Below are positions 26,998 to 42,464 of a stretch of 64,000 bases of DNA, piece by piece. The number at the start of each line of letters is the position of its first letter. Position 1 is the stretch's first letter. Source of the stretch: Eledone cirrhosa (Eukaryota); assembly GCA_964016885.1 (NCBI GenBank), contig OZ024751.1, positions 4,278,001-4,342,000 on the forward strand. The letters are read 5' to 3'. The notes beneath the pieces are model-generated. The model made no database searches, was not told the origin of the DNA, and worked only from the letters and a program-made list of their open reading frames with translations. Made by a program: the position numbers and the translations under genes.

Positions 26998-28762
26998 GGC
27001 CATACCAAAAGATTGGTGCAGTAGCATCATTGTCAACTGCTACAAAGGTAAAGGCGATGCACTAGATAGAGGAAACTATAGAGGTATAAAGTTGATGGAC
27101 CAGGTCATGAAAGTAACAGAAAGAGTTATAGCACAGCTGATTAGGGACCGGGTGAATATAGACGAGATGCAATTTGGGTTTGTACCAGGGAAAGGCACCA
27201 CTGATGCGCTCTTCCTTGTGAGGCAATTACAGGAAAAGTACCTAGCTAAAAGTAAGCCACTCTACTTGGCATTTGTCGACCTTGAGAAAGCCTTTGACAG
27301 AGTTCCACGTGCAGTAATCTGGTGGGCTCTTAGAAAACTAGGAGTAGATGAATGGCTTGTGAAAGCGGTACAAGCCATGTATAGGGGAGCAGTCAGCAAA
27401 GTTAGGATTGGCAATGAGTATAGCGAGGAATTTAGCGTACAGGTTGGGGTCCACCAGGGCTCTGTTCTTAGCCCTCTCCTGTTCATCATAGTCCTGCAGG
27501 CAATAACGGAGGAGTTTAAGACCGGATGCCCATGGGAACTCCTGTATGCTGATGACCTCGCACTCATAGCTGAATCTATGGTAGAACTAGAGAATAAATT
27601 CCAAACCTGGAAGCAGGGACTAGAGAGAAAGGGCCTCAAAGTCAACATGACAAAGACTAAGGTCCTTATAAGTAGACGAGAAAACAGAACCCAGATCCCC
27701 TCAGGGAAATGGCCTTGCTCAGTATGTAGGAAAGGTGTAGGTAGGAACTCCATTCTTTGCCCCAAATGCAAACAATGGGTACACAAGAGATGTAGCGGGA
27801 TCTCAGGAAGCTTAATTAAGAATGTAGGATTCACATGCAGCAGCTGTGCTGAAACAGCAAGCAAACAGCCACAGGAAACAAGTACCACCAATCTCTGGGA
27901 GGGCCCTGTAGAAACAGTAGACAGCTTCTGCTACCTAGGTGACCGAATTAGCAACGGAGGTGGGTGCTCAGAAAGTACAATAAGTAGGGTAAGAACGGGA
28001 TGGAAGAAGTTTAGGGAACTACTACCACTGCTAGCTGCAAAAGGCTTCTCCCTCAGAATGAAAGGCAGACTGTATGATGCGTGTATCCGAACAGCGATGT
28101 TGCATGGTAGTGAGACCTGGGCGCTGAAGGTGGAAGACTTACGTAGATTAGAGAGAAACGAAGCCTGCATGCTCCGATGGATGTGTAACATACGTGAACG
28201 ACAAAGCATAAATGAATTGAGAGAGAGACTGAGCATAAGAGCATAAGAGGAATCAAATGCTGCGTGCAGGAGAGGCGGTTACGCTGGTATGGACATGTGA
28301 TGCGTATGAAGGATGACAGGATGACAGACCCAAGATGACTTGGGATGAGGTGATAAAAGCCGACCTTACCCAACTACACCTCTCAAAGTCAATGACACAC
28401 GACCGTGACTTCTGGCGTCACGCAGTAATACAGGGTACCCGACCTCCCATGGGTACATGCTGAAGCATATAAACAATATGCCCCCCCCCCCACCGCAAGG
28501 TGGTCGTGGAGGTGCCACGGCAAAAAAGCACCCGGCCCACACTGTAAAGTGGACGTGTAGGCGCCACGAAAAAGCACCCAGCACTCACTGTAAATGAGGT
28601 TGGTGTTAGGAAGGGCATCCAGCTGTAGAAATCAAGCCAGATCAGTTCCTGTATGAGCAAGGCATGGTCAGCCGACCAGACACTGCCCACAACAGGACAA
28701 CCCGTCTAACCCATGCTAGCGTGGAAGAACGGACGTAAAACGGTGATGATGATGATGATGAT
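26998..28762 (+). mobile_element. Second copy of the same RTE LINE family, more 5'-truncated, with indels
   Basis: ORF 26960..28246 is nearly identical to the RT part of 20869..23538. It has an 8-bp duplication/frameshift near 28235, an internal deletion near 28325, and the same 3' UTR and (ATG)n tail. Confidence 0.93.
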
Positions 28763-28951
28763 ATGTATATATATGTATATATATATGTATATATATGTAT
28801 ATATATATGTATATATATGTATATATATATGTGTATATATATGTATATATATATGTATATATGTGTATATATATGTATATATATATGTATATATATATGT
28901 GTATATATATGTATATATATATGTATATATATATATGTATATATATGTATA

Positions 28952-29017
<66 letters not shown>

Positions 29018-29577
29018 CATACATATATATATACCCCTTAGCCTTTGTCAAGGCAGAATTCTAGGAGAAAGAAATCTCTGATATAACACCTGCAACTCTG
29101 ATGGTATCCAATGATGTTGACTTGTTCTTCTTTTTGGTAAATATCATCTTGGTTAAGAGAGTGGGACTAGCTTTGTGCAGTGCCTTTGCTCACTATAAAA
29201 GCTTCACGGCACAGGCATTGCTTTATATCTGGAGATCTCTCTGCCCTTGTCGTTAGATGGTACCATGGGCCCAGCACTGTGTCAATAATTGTCACAAGTG
29301 TAGTGTTTGTACCAGAGTTTTCAAGTCGCTGGCTTGACTAAAAAGTCACACTCGTTCAGCGCATCAGTGGGAGTTCTCCTACATGGATATAAAGTAGTGG
29401 CCGTACTCGAAAAGGAGTTGGCAGCCACCATATATATATGTATATATATATATATATGTATATATATATGTATATATATATATATATGTATATATATATG
29501 TATATATATATATATATATGTATATATATTATATATATATATATGTATATATATATGTATATGTATATGTATATATG

Positions 29578-29623
<46 letters not shown>

Positions 29624-30038
29624 CATGTATATATATATCTATGTATATCATCATCATCATCATCATTTTACGTCCGCTTTTCCCCGCTTGCAAGGGTGGG
29701 ACGGGAACTGATACTGGCTTGATTTCTACAGCTGGATGCCCTTCTTAACACCAACCTCATTTACAGTGAGTGCTGGGTGCTTTTTTGCCGTGGCACCTCC
29801 ACGACCACTTTGCAGTGGAATGATAGGGACCCCTGTCCCTATCATCTCATTTATACAGCTGAGTAAACTGGAGCAATTTGAAATAAAGTCTCTTGCTCAA
29901 GGAAACAACACATCACCCGGTCCAAGAATTGAACTCACAACCTTTCGATTGCAAGGCGAATTCTCTAACCACTAAGCTATATGCCTCCAATATATATATG
30001 TATATATGTATATATATATGTATATATATATATATCTG

Positions 30039-30069
<31 letters not shown>

Positions 30070-30084
30070 GTATATATATATATG

Positions 30085-30133
<49 letters not shown>

Positions 30134-30306
30134 GTATATATATATGTGTGTATATATGTATATATATATATATGTATATATATATGTGTGTATATATGTA
30201 TATATATATGTGTGTATATATGTATATATATATGTATATATATATGTATATATATATGTATATATATATGTATATATATATGTATATATATATGTATATA
30301 TATATG

Positions 30307-30337
<31 letters not shown>

Positions 30338-30374
30338 GTATATATATATATGTATATATATATATGTATATATG

Positions 30375-30473
<99 letters not shown>

Positions 30474-30486
30474 GTATATATATATG

Positions 30487-30517
<31 letters not shown>

Positions 30518-30532
30518 GTATATATATATATG

Positions 30533-30679
<147 letters not shown>

Positions 30680-30789
30680 GTATATATATATGTATATATA
30701 TATGTGTATATGTATATATATATGTGTATATGTATATATGTATATATATATGTGTATATATATATATGTATATATATATGTATGTGTAT

Positions 30790-31324
30790 ATAAGGATTAG
30801 AATACTGGAGCATGTTTGAGTCAAACACCCTCTTCGTATTATAGAAATGACAGTAAAAGGTATAGCTCAATGCAGTTAAACAGAGCCAACAAATTAAGAG
30901 AGTAAAACAAAGAATCCTTTAATACATCAAAAGTTTTTATTAGCCGACAATGTTTCGTCCTATTAAGGACTCATCAGGGCAATCAAAACAACAATAGGTA
31001 ATATCGGCAGATTTAAGCCAGAAACTCTGAAGAATATGGAGTGTACATACACTAATGTCTTATCAAAATATATGATAATAAAAATGAAAATAAAGATAAA
31101 AATAATAAAAATATATAATAAGAATAACTAAGGATGTAGATAACATTAAGAACCATATTACAATTATAGTCCAAAGCAACCAACCTAAATCTAAACAAAT
31201 TTGGTTATATAGAGCAGGAATTATATATAACACAATATAATACATTATAATAATAATATACTTTTACCAACATTAAAATTCCAAATTAAAAATCAAAAGG
31301 TACAATATATACATGTATATATGT

Positions 31325-31364
<40 letters not shown>

Positions 31365-31800
31365 CTATATAACAACACACATCTATATTCGACTACACAA
31401 AAATTAGAAGTTTGAATATTAAAAATAAGCATGATAAGAGTGAAAATAATACTAATACATCTACCCAATATACATGAGGCAATAATATGATATAATTACA
31501 AGAAACACATATAACAAATAATAAACAACAAAATTATATAATTCAATATAATATAATAAAATAGATAATCCCCGGTTAATTTACAGAAACAATATAGATG
31601 TCACAATAAAATACAATGATAAAACGTTAACAGTGTATTAACATGTACCATAAACAATATATACAGATTGATTCATACTGGGTTACAGAGTAAATGAGGA
31701 AAAATAAATTATATAATACTCAAAAAAAGTATTATATAATTTATATTTCAAAAAAAGTATTATATAATTTATATTTCCTCATTTATTCTGTAACCCGTAA
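30790..31800 (-). mobile_element. AT-rich hammerhead-bearing repeat (fragment B), Penelope pLTR-like; diverged second copy ~40436-41680
   Basis: Two alignable copies, each starting at a (TA)n tract and carrying the same hammerhead. Confidence 0.6.
30943..30980 (-). ncRNA. Canonical-core type I hammerhead ribozyme
   Basis: GCC CTGATGA GTCCT TAAT AGGAC GAAAC ATT GTC GGC, with stem I extendable (ttttgatt/aataaaa). Confidence 0.9.
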
Positions 31801-31808
31801 CCCAGTAT

Positions 31809-34754
31809 TGTGACGGCTATGACGGAATCCATGGAGGCTATGGGTTCGGTACTAGAAATGAGGAAGGCTCCAGAATCCTGGAATTCTGCGACGCAAATAA
31901 CTTAACTATCTGTAACACTAACTTCAAAAAACGAGACAATCACTTGATCACCTATAGATCGGGGGAACACACAAGCCAGGTAGATTATATCCTTACCAGA
32001 AGACGTGACAGAGTGTCTGTTGTTAACACTAAATCCCTCCCCCATGAAGAATTCACCTCCCAACATAGACTGATAATTAGCGACATCATAGTCAGGACGA
32101 GACGTACTAGACAGCGGAAGAGGACTATCCTCAGGAGAAAAATATGGAAGCTAAAGGACCCCATAGCCAGAAATAAATTTCAAAGCATATTACTTGACGC
32201 TTTCGACAGTAAGGAAGAGCAATTAGAGTCGTATAATATAGAGGAACAGTGGGAATTCCTGAGAGCAAACCTGCTGACGGCGGCAGACGAAGTCTGTGGC
32301 TGGAGCAGGCCTGTAGGTAGGAGGAGAGTAACATGGTGGTGGAACAGTAAGGTGGAGGAGTCAATTAAGGCCAAAAAGCAGGCTTGGAAAGCATGGCGGG
32401 ATGGGGGAAGTAGAGAAGACTATCAGGTAGCCAGGAGGGAAGCTAGGAGACAAGTGTACTTCGCAAGAAGGGAAGCAGAGGAAAGAAAGTTCAAGCATGT
32501 TCTACAACGTGAGGTGTTCAGGATTGCCAGGCAATGTGTCAAGGAAAACCGTGATATTGTCGGGGAGAAGTGTGTGCTTAACGATGATGGCATACTTGCC
32601 ATCACCGACGCTGATAAGAAGGTAGCTTGGAAGTGTCACTACGAAAGGCTTCTAAATGAGGAGAACAAATGGGAGAAAGACAGTCTCCCCCACATCGACC
32701 CAATAGAGGTGTTAGTCCAGCAGTGTTAGTCCAGGGTAGTACAATAAGCAAGGCAATCAAAGATATGAAGACGGGTAAGGCGGCTGGTCCTTCGGAAATA
32801 GTTGCTGAGATGCTGAAGGCCTCTGGTTCGGTGGGACACACCATGGTCACCCGGATAGTTAACCAAGTCGTACAGAATGGGGTTGTTCCGAAGGACTGGC
32901 GTAGCAGCATCATCGTTAACTGCTATAAGGGAAAAGGAGATGCCCTAGATAGGAGTAACTATAGAGGCATTAAATTAATCGACCAGGTCATGAAGGTCAC
33001 GGAAAAAGTAATAGCGCAACTAATCAGAGAGAGAATTGACCTAGATGAAATGCAGTTCGGGTTTGTGTCAGGCAAAAGTACCACAGACGCTCTTTTCATA
33101 GTACGACAACTACAGGAGAAGTTCCTAGCTAAAGGTAAACCCCTCTACTTAGCTTTTGTCGACTTGGAGAAAGCCTTCGACAGAGTCCCCCGCTCCATTA
33201 TCTGGTGGGCTCTTAGAAAACTAGGCATTGACGAATGGCTTGTGAGGGCTATACAAGCCATGTATAAAGAAACAGTCAGCAAGGTTAGAATTAACAACGA
33301 ATATAGTGAAGAGTTTAGCGTAAAAGTTGGCGTCCATCAGGGCTCTGTTCTCAGCCCCCTACTATTTATTATTGCCCTTCAGGCTATAACAGAGGAGTTC
33401 AAGACAGGCTGCCCATGGGAACTCCTATACGCAGACGACCTGACACTCATAGCGGAATCAATGGCCGAGCTAGAGAAGAAATTCCAAACATGGAAGCACG
33501 GCCTAGAGTCATAAGGACTTAAAATTAACCTGGCTAAGACCAAAGTTCTAGTTTGTAGAAAAGGAAACAAGGCGGCGGTCCCTTCTGGGAAATGGCCATG
33601 CTCGGTGTGTAGGAAAGGCGTAGGTAGAAACTCCATTTTATGTCCTAAATGCAAAGTATGGGTGCATAAAAGATGTAGTGGGATCACAGGTAAGCTAACT
33701 AAGAACATAGATTTTACATGTGGCCGGTGTTCTGGTGCAATAAGTAGCAGCAAGTGCCCACAAAATACTAGCTCTTTCAATTGCGCAGAGGGTTCTATAG
33801 AAATAGTGGACAGCTTCCGTTACCTGGGCGATAAAATCAGCAGTGGGGGAGGGTGCTCTGAAAGTACTGTAGCTAGAGTCAGAACTGGTTGGAAAAAGTT
33901 CAGAGAGCTTATACCACTATTAGCTGCTAAAGGGTTCTCCCTAAAAATGAAAGGCAGGTTGTACGATGCCTGCATACGAACAGCAATGTTGCATGGCAGT
34001 GATACCTGGGCATTGTGTGCAGAGGATATACGCAGACTAGAGAGGAACGAAGCTTGCATGCTCCGCTGGATGTGTAACAGTAATATACGTGAACGGCAAA
34101 GCATAAATGAACTAAGGAAAAAATTAGAGATAAGAGGGATCAGATGTTGTTTACTCGAGAGAAGGCTACGTTGGTATGGACACGTGATGCGCATGAAAGT
34201 CGATAGCTGTATAACAAAGTGCAGAGGGCAATAAAGATAGACGGTAGCCACGGAATAGGCAGACCTAGAAAAACCTGGGACGAGCTGATAAACTCCGACC
34301 TCACACACTTACACCTCTCCAAGACAATGTCACTGGACCGAGACCTTTGGCGGTACTCAGTAACAGAGAAGACCCGCCTTGCCAGTAGGCATCTCTAACA
34401 AAATACACCCCGTCCCGCCACCACCCCCACCCCATCCACAACACGCCGTTCTATGTAAAGTTATGTTGGTGCCGCGCCATCCAGGCCGAAACAAATGAGA
34501 TCGTGTAGGTGTCACGACAAAAAAACACACAGTCCACGCTGTAATGTGGCCGTGTAGGCAACACGGTAAAAACCTCCCAGACCCACACTGTAAATGTGGT
34601 TGGTGTTAGGAAGGGCATCCAACTGTAGAAAACCTGCCAGACAGTCCTATGCGAGCAAGACAATCACTCTTGCCTCAAGTGGGACTACCCCCGTCCAAAC
34701 CCATGCAAGCGTGGAACACGGACGTTAAACGTTGATGATGATGATGATGATGAT
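31809..34754 (+). mobile_element. Second RTE-clade LINE family, 5'-truncated, disrupted (frameshift ~32715, stop ~33512); 3' tail copy at ~42085-42332
   Basis: ORFs 31944..32729, 32669..33514 and 33605..34234 are colinear homologues of the 889-aa RTE ORF; (ATG)n tail. Confidence 0.92.
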
Positions 34755-34755
34755 A

Positions 34756-34795
<40 letters not shown>

Positions 34796-34931
34796 GTATA
34801 GGATTATCCAAGATGTAGTAATGGTTAATTACTACACTGGATATGGTTGACGTACGGTAAGAGGTTACTCTACGAGTTATGGAAGAATTGTCAAAGAAAC
34901 TTAGTTCCTGATCCTTCTGTATTCCGGACTG

Positions 34932-35258
34932 TATATAAAGAATGAATAATAACAGGCAGACATCATAAAAAGGTAATTTATTCCGTGTGCTTACAAGTGT
35001 TTCCACGGTGGTACTACAGCCTAGTTATGCTATGTGCAAATTCATAAGTACTTGCAGAACTCAAATATCCAAAGCTGTGACCACTGTTTCCTCAGAGCAG
35101 CTGAGGAAACAGTGGTCACAGCATTGGATATTTGAGTTCTGCAAGTACTTGTGAATTTGCACATAGCATAACTAGGCTGTAGTACCACCGTGGAAACACT
35201 TGTAAGCACACGGAATAAATTACCTTTTTATGATGTCTACCTGTTATTATTCATTCTT

Positions 35259-35264
<6 letters not shown>
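34932..35264. repeat. Near-perfect palindrome, ~164-bp arms with a 5-nt spacer
   Basis: ...gtttcctcag AGCAG ctgaggaaac...; three mismatches seen between the arms. Confidence 0.95.
34988..35099 (-). ncRNA. Type I hammerhead ribozyme candidate
   Basis: TGCT CTGAGGA aacagtggtcacagc...gctgtagtaccaccgtg GAAAC ACTT GTA AGCA, followed by AATAAA. Confidence 0.62.
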
Positions 35265-35298
<34 letters not shown>

Positions 35299-35304
35299 TA
35301 TATG

Positions 35305-36094
35305 TACATTATGAAGAGAGAAGAAACATTTAGATATAATTAGTAATAAAATGTATCATACCTAAACTGTTCCTAAGTTCCTCGACTACGTAGTTTCGTG
35401 GCATAAACAAAAACAATATTTCAAAGATATAGAGTCCTTGCGAGGTCTGCCGACTTATCAAGAGGATACCTCATTTTACTAGTCTCAAGAACGCGTCTAC
35501 ACGACGTGAGAAAGAATCCCAAAAGGCGGAGGGGGAGATAGTCACGCGATATAACGGTCGAGAAACAGAGCTAAGCCTCTTATAACCATGAAGAAAATAC
35601 CACGGAGGCGGAGGGGGTATTCATATCGAGGCCGAAGAAGAGGTAGTGAAGAAGGCGAGAAGTATGAGTAATGGAAGCTTTCCAGTTGTCCCCACACTTC
35701 AAAGATTGCTCGACCAGAGGGAGTTATTAATATATTTAGAAACACACAGATACATGCGGACACACACATATATACATGAATGCATCCGCACCCAACTGTG
35801 AGTTAAGGGTGCCAACTTCACCGATGTTGCTCAATGAATGACCGGGACAGACCAATTCAGTTTGAACCAGACTGAACCAGTATCAGAGTTAAAAATACAT
35901 TATGAAGAGAGAAGAAACATTTAGATATAATTAGTAATAAAATGTATCATACCTAAACTGTTCCTAAGTTCCTCGACTACGTAGTTTCGTGGCATAAACA
36001 AAAACAATATTTCAAAGATATAGAGTCCTTGCGAGGTCTGCCGACTTATCAAGAGGATACCTCATTTTACTAGTCTCAAGAACGCGTCTACACG
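35305..36094 (-). mobile_element. pLTR-like direct repeats (~35305-35503 and ~35897-36094) flanking ~390 bp
   Basis: Apparently identical ~198-bp repeats, each containing a hammerhead variant; embedded in (TA)n. Confidence 0.7.
35380..35465 (-). ncRNA. Hammerhead ribozyme with U3-A8 core variant; second copy 35971-36056
   Basis: CCTC TTGATAA GTCGGCA...TGCCAC GAAAC TACGTA GTC GAGG; perfect palindromic stem III ACTACGTAGT. Confidence 0.72.
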
Positions 36095-36098
36095 TATG

Positions 36099-36169
<71 letters not shown>

Positions 36170-36176
36170 GTATATA

Positions 36177-36271
<95 letters not shown>

Positions 36272-36272
36272 G

Positions 36273-36319
<47 letters not shown>

Positions 36320-36388
36320 GTATATATATATGTATATATATATATGTATATATATATATGTATATATATATATTTATATATATATATG

Positions 36389-36451
<63 letters not shown>

Positions 36452-36746
36452 GTATATATATATATGTATATATATATATGTACATATATATATATATGTC
36501 TATATATATATGTATATATATATGTATATGTATATATATATGTATATGTATATATATATATGTATATATATATATGTATATATATATATGTATGTATATA
36601 TGTATATATATATATGTATATATATATATATGTATATATATATATGTATATATATATATGTATATATATATATGTATATATATATATGTATATATATATA
36701 TGTATATATATATATGTATATATATATATATGTATATATATATATG

Positions 36747-36812
<66 letters not shown>

Positions 36813-37014
36813 TATGTATATATTTATATGTATGTATATATATATGTATATATATGTATATATATATGTATATATATGTATATATATATATGTATATATA
36901 TATATATGTATATATATATATGTATATGTATATATTTATATGTATGTATATATATATGTATATATTTATATGTATGTATATATATATGTATATATATGTA
37001 TGTATGTATATATG

Positions 37015-37543
37015 TTATTTTTCTCTTTCTCTTAATTTTGAGTATATTTTTTGACCGGCCACCTTCCTGGTGGCAAGGTTGTAAAAGAAAAGAAATTGTC
37101 ATCCCTTGAATCGCAAGAATGTTTTGCAAATTTTGAAGGTGCCAGCTATCGCAGCCATTTGTAGACTATGAATTAGGGAGCTGCGCTTTTTGTCCGCAAA
37201 TCCAAGTTCAGTCATACTTTGGTCCAAGCGGGTTGGTATATAACCCGTAGCACCAATAATGATGGGTATGAAGCTAAAGGTGTATCTTGGATACTGGATT
37301 TGTAAACTCCTCATCAATGGTCCGTAGATGTCCTCCTTCTCCTGTATTTTTCTGACAACGTTTACATCAAGTGGGCAGCTGATCTCCACAACAGAACACG
37401 TTTTCAATGTGTGGTCCCAAACTACAATATCAGGCCGGTTGTGCTTTAATTTGGTGGCAGTTTTTATTTTCAGGTTCCACCAGTATTCCTTAGTGCCATC
37501 TGTCTCAATATATTCTTCCTCGTTTGTTGTTGATTTTGTTTTA
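37015..37543 (-). mobile_element. 3' fragment of an RLE-type (R4/Dong-like) non-LTR retrotransposon
   Basis: Minus frame reads [55 protein letters not shown]...IPIIIGATG, a PD-(D/E)xK restriction-like endonuclease; stop at 37099. Confidence 0.82.
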
Positions 37544-37561
37544 TGTATGTATATATATATG

Positions 37562-37592
<31 letters not shown>

Positions 37593-37730
37593 GTATATAT
37601 ATATGTATATATATATGTATATATATATGTATATATATATATGTATGTATATATATATATGTATATATATATATGTATATATATATATGTATATATATAT
37701 ATGTATATATATATGTATATATATATGTAT

Positions 37731-37770
<40 letters not shown>

Positions 37771-37923
37771 GTATATATATATATGTATATATATATGTAT
37801 ATATATATGTATATATATATGTATATATATATGTATATATATATATATATGTATATATATATGTATGTATATATGTATCTATATATGTATCTATATATGT
37901 ATCTATATATGTATATATATATG

Positions 37924-37974
<51 letters not shown>

Positions 37975-38318
37975 GTATGTATATATATGGTATCCAATGA
38001 TGTTGACTTGTTCTTCTTTTTGGTAAATATCATCTTGGTTAAGAGAGTGGGACTGGCTTTGTGCAGTGCCTTTGCTCACTATAAAAGCTTCACGGCACAG
38101 GCATTGCTTTATATCTGGATATCTCTCTGCACTTGTCGTCACATGGTACCATGGGCCCAGCACTAAGTGTCAATAATTGTCACAAGTGTAGTGTTTGTAC
38201 CAGAGTTTTCATGTCGCTGGCTGGACTAAAAAGTCACACTCGTTCAGCGCATCGGTAGGGGTTCTCCTACATGGATATAAAGTAGTAGTCATACTCGAAA
38301 ACGAGTTGGCAGCCACCA

Positions 38319-40439
<2,121 letters not shown>

Positions 40440-40586
40440 ATTAGAATACTGGAGCGTGTTTGAGTCAAACTCCCTCTTCGTATTATAGAAATGACAGTAA
40501 AAGGTATAGCTCAATGCAGTTAAACAGAGCCAAAAAATTAAGAGAGTAAAACGAAGAATCCTTTAATACATCAAAAGTTTTTATTA

Positions 40587-40624
40587 GCCGACAATGTTTC
40601 GTCCTATTAAGGACTCATCAGGGC
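40587..40624 (-). ncRNA. Hammerhead ribozyme, copy of 30943-30980
   Basis: + strand gccgacaatgtttcgtcctattaaggactcatcagggc, identical to the 30.9-kb copy. Confidence 0.9.
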
Positions 40625-41678
40625 AATCAAAACCAGAAGAGGTAATTTCGGCAGATACAAGCCAGAAACTCTGAAGAATATGGAGTGTACATACACTAAT
40701 GTCTTACAAAGATATACGATAATAAAAATGAAGATAAAAATAATAAAATTATAAAATTATAATAACTAAGGATGTAGATAACATTAAGAACCATATTACA
40801 AATATAGTCCAAAGCCACCAACTTAAATCTAAACAAATTTGGTTATATAGAGCAGGAATTATATATAACACAGTATAATACATTATAATAATAATATATT
40901 TATACCAACACTAAAATTCCAAATTAAAAATCAAAAGGTACAATATATACATGTATATATGTGCGCGCACACACACACACATATTACAATACACATATCT
41001 ATTTTCTATTACACAGAAATTAAGCCCTATTGGAAGTTTGAATATTAAAAATATTAAAAATAAGCATGGTAATAGTGAAAATAATGCTAATACATCTACC
41101 CAATATACATGAGGCAATAATATGATATAATTACAAGAAACACTTATAACAAATAATAAACAACAAAATTATATAATTCAATACAATATAATAAAGTAGA
41201 ATAGATAATCCCTGGTTAATTTACAGAAACAATATAGATGTCACAGTGAAATACAATGATAAAATGTTAACATTATATTAACAATTACCATAAACAATAT
41301 GTACAACATGATTCATACCGGGTTACATAATAAATGAGGAAATATCAATCATATAATATAATACAATAATACTCAAAAAACTATATTGGTACAGGGAACA
41401 ATTATGATGTTACAGAAAAAATATGTTGTTACAGAAAAAATATACAGACATCTAACATGATATGTAAAGTCTAAATATCATAATGTTACATATTACAATA
41501 TTAAAATATTAAAAAATATTAAAAAATCCAGACATCTTATATGATATATAAAGTTTAAATATCATAATGTTATATATAAGAAACGGTAAGTAATAAGGAT
41601 CAATATCATAATGTAATATATTTTAAAAATTGGCATAAAATATATAAATAAATACTTATAATTTCAAGGTTAGTAGAC

Positions 41679-41808
<130 letters not shown>

Positions 41809-41830
41809 GTATATGTATATGTATATATAT

Positions 41831-41960
<130 letters not shown>

Positions 41961-41988
41961 GTATATGTATATATATATATGTATATGT

Positions 41989-42080
<92 letters not shown>

Positions 42081-42406
42081 ATATGTGTCACGACAAAAAA
42101 CACACAGTCCACGCTGTAAATGTGGCCGTGTAGGCAACACGGTAAAAACCTCCCAGCCCCACACTGTAAATGTGGTTGGTGTTAGGAAGGGCATCCAGCT
42201 GTAGAAAACCCGCCAGACAGTCCTATGCGAGCAAGACAACCACTCTTGCCTCAAGTGGGAAAACCCCCGTCCAAACCCATGCAAGCGTGGAACACGGACG
42301 CTAAACCTGATGATGATGATGATGATGATGATATGTATATATATATATGTATATAATAATGAAATGACAGGAGGCTGGATTTGTGTAAATCCTTGAAAGG
42401 TTTATT

Positions 42407-42464
42407 ATACTATGATCATTTCAATGACCGGGTTCCGTATGAATCCGGTGATATCATCAGGTAT
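42407..42464 (-). ncRNA. Type I hammerhead ribozyme (left arm copy)
   Basis: Reverse complement of 44986-45043. Confidence 0.75.
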
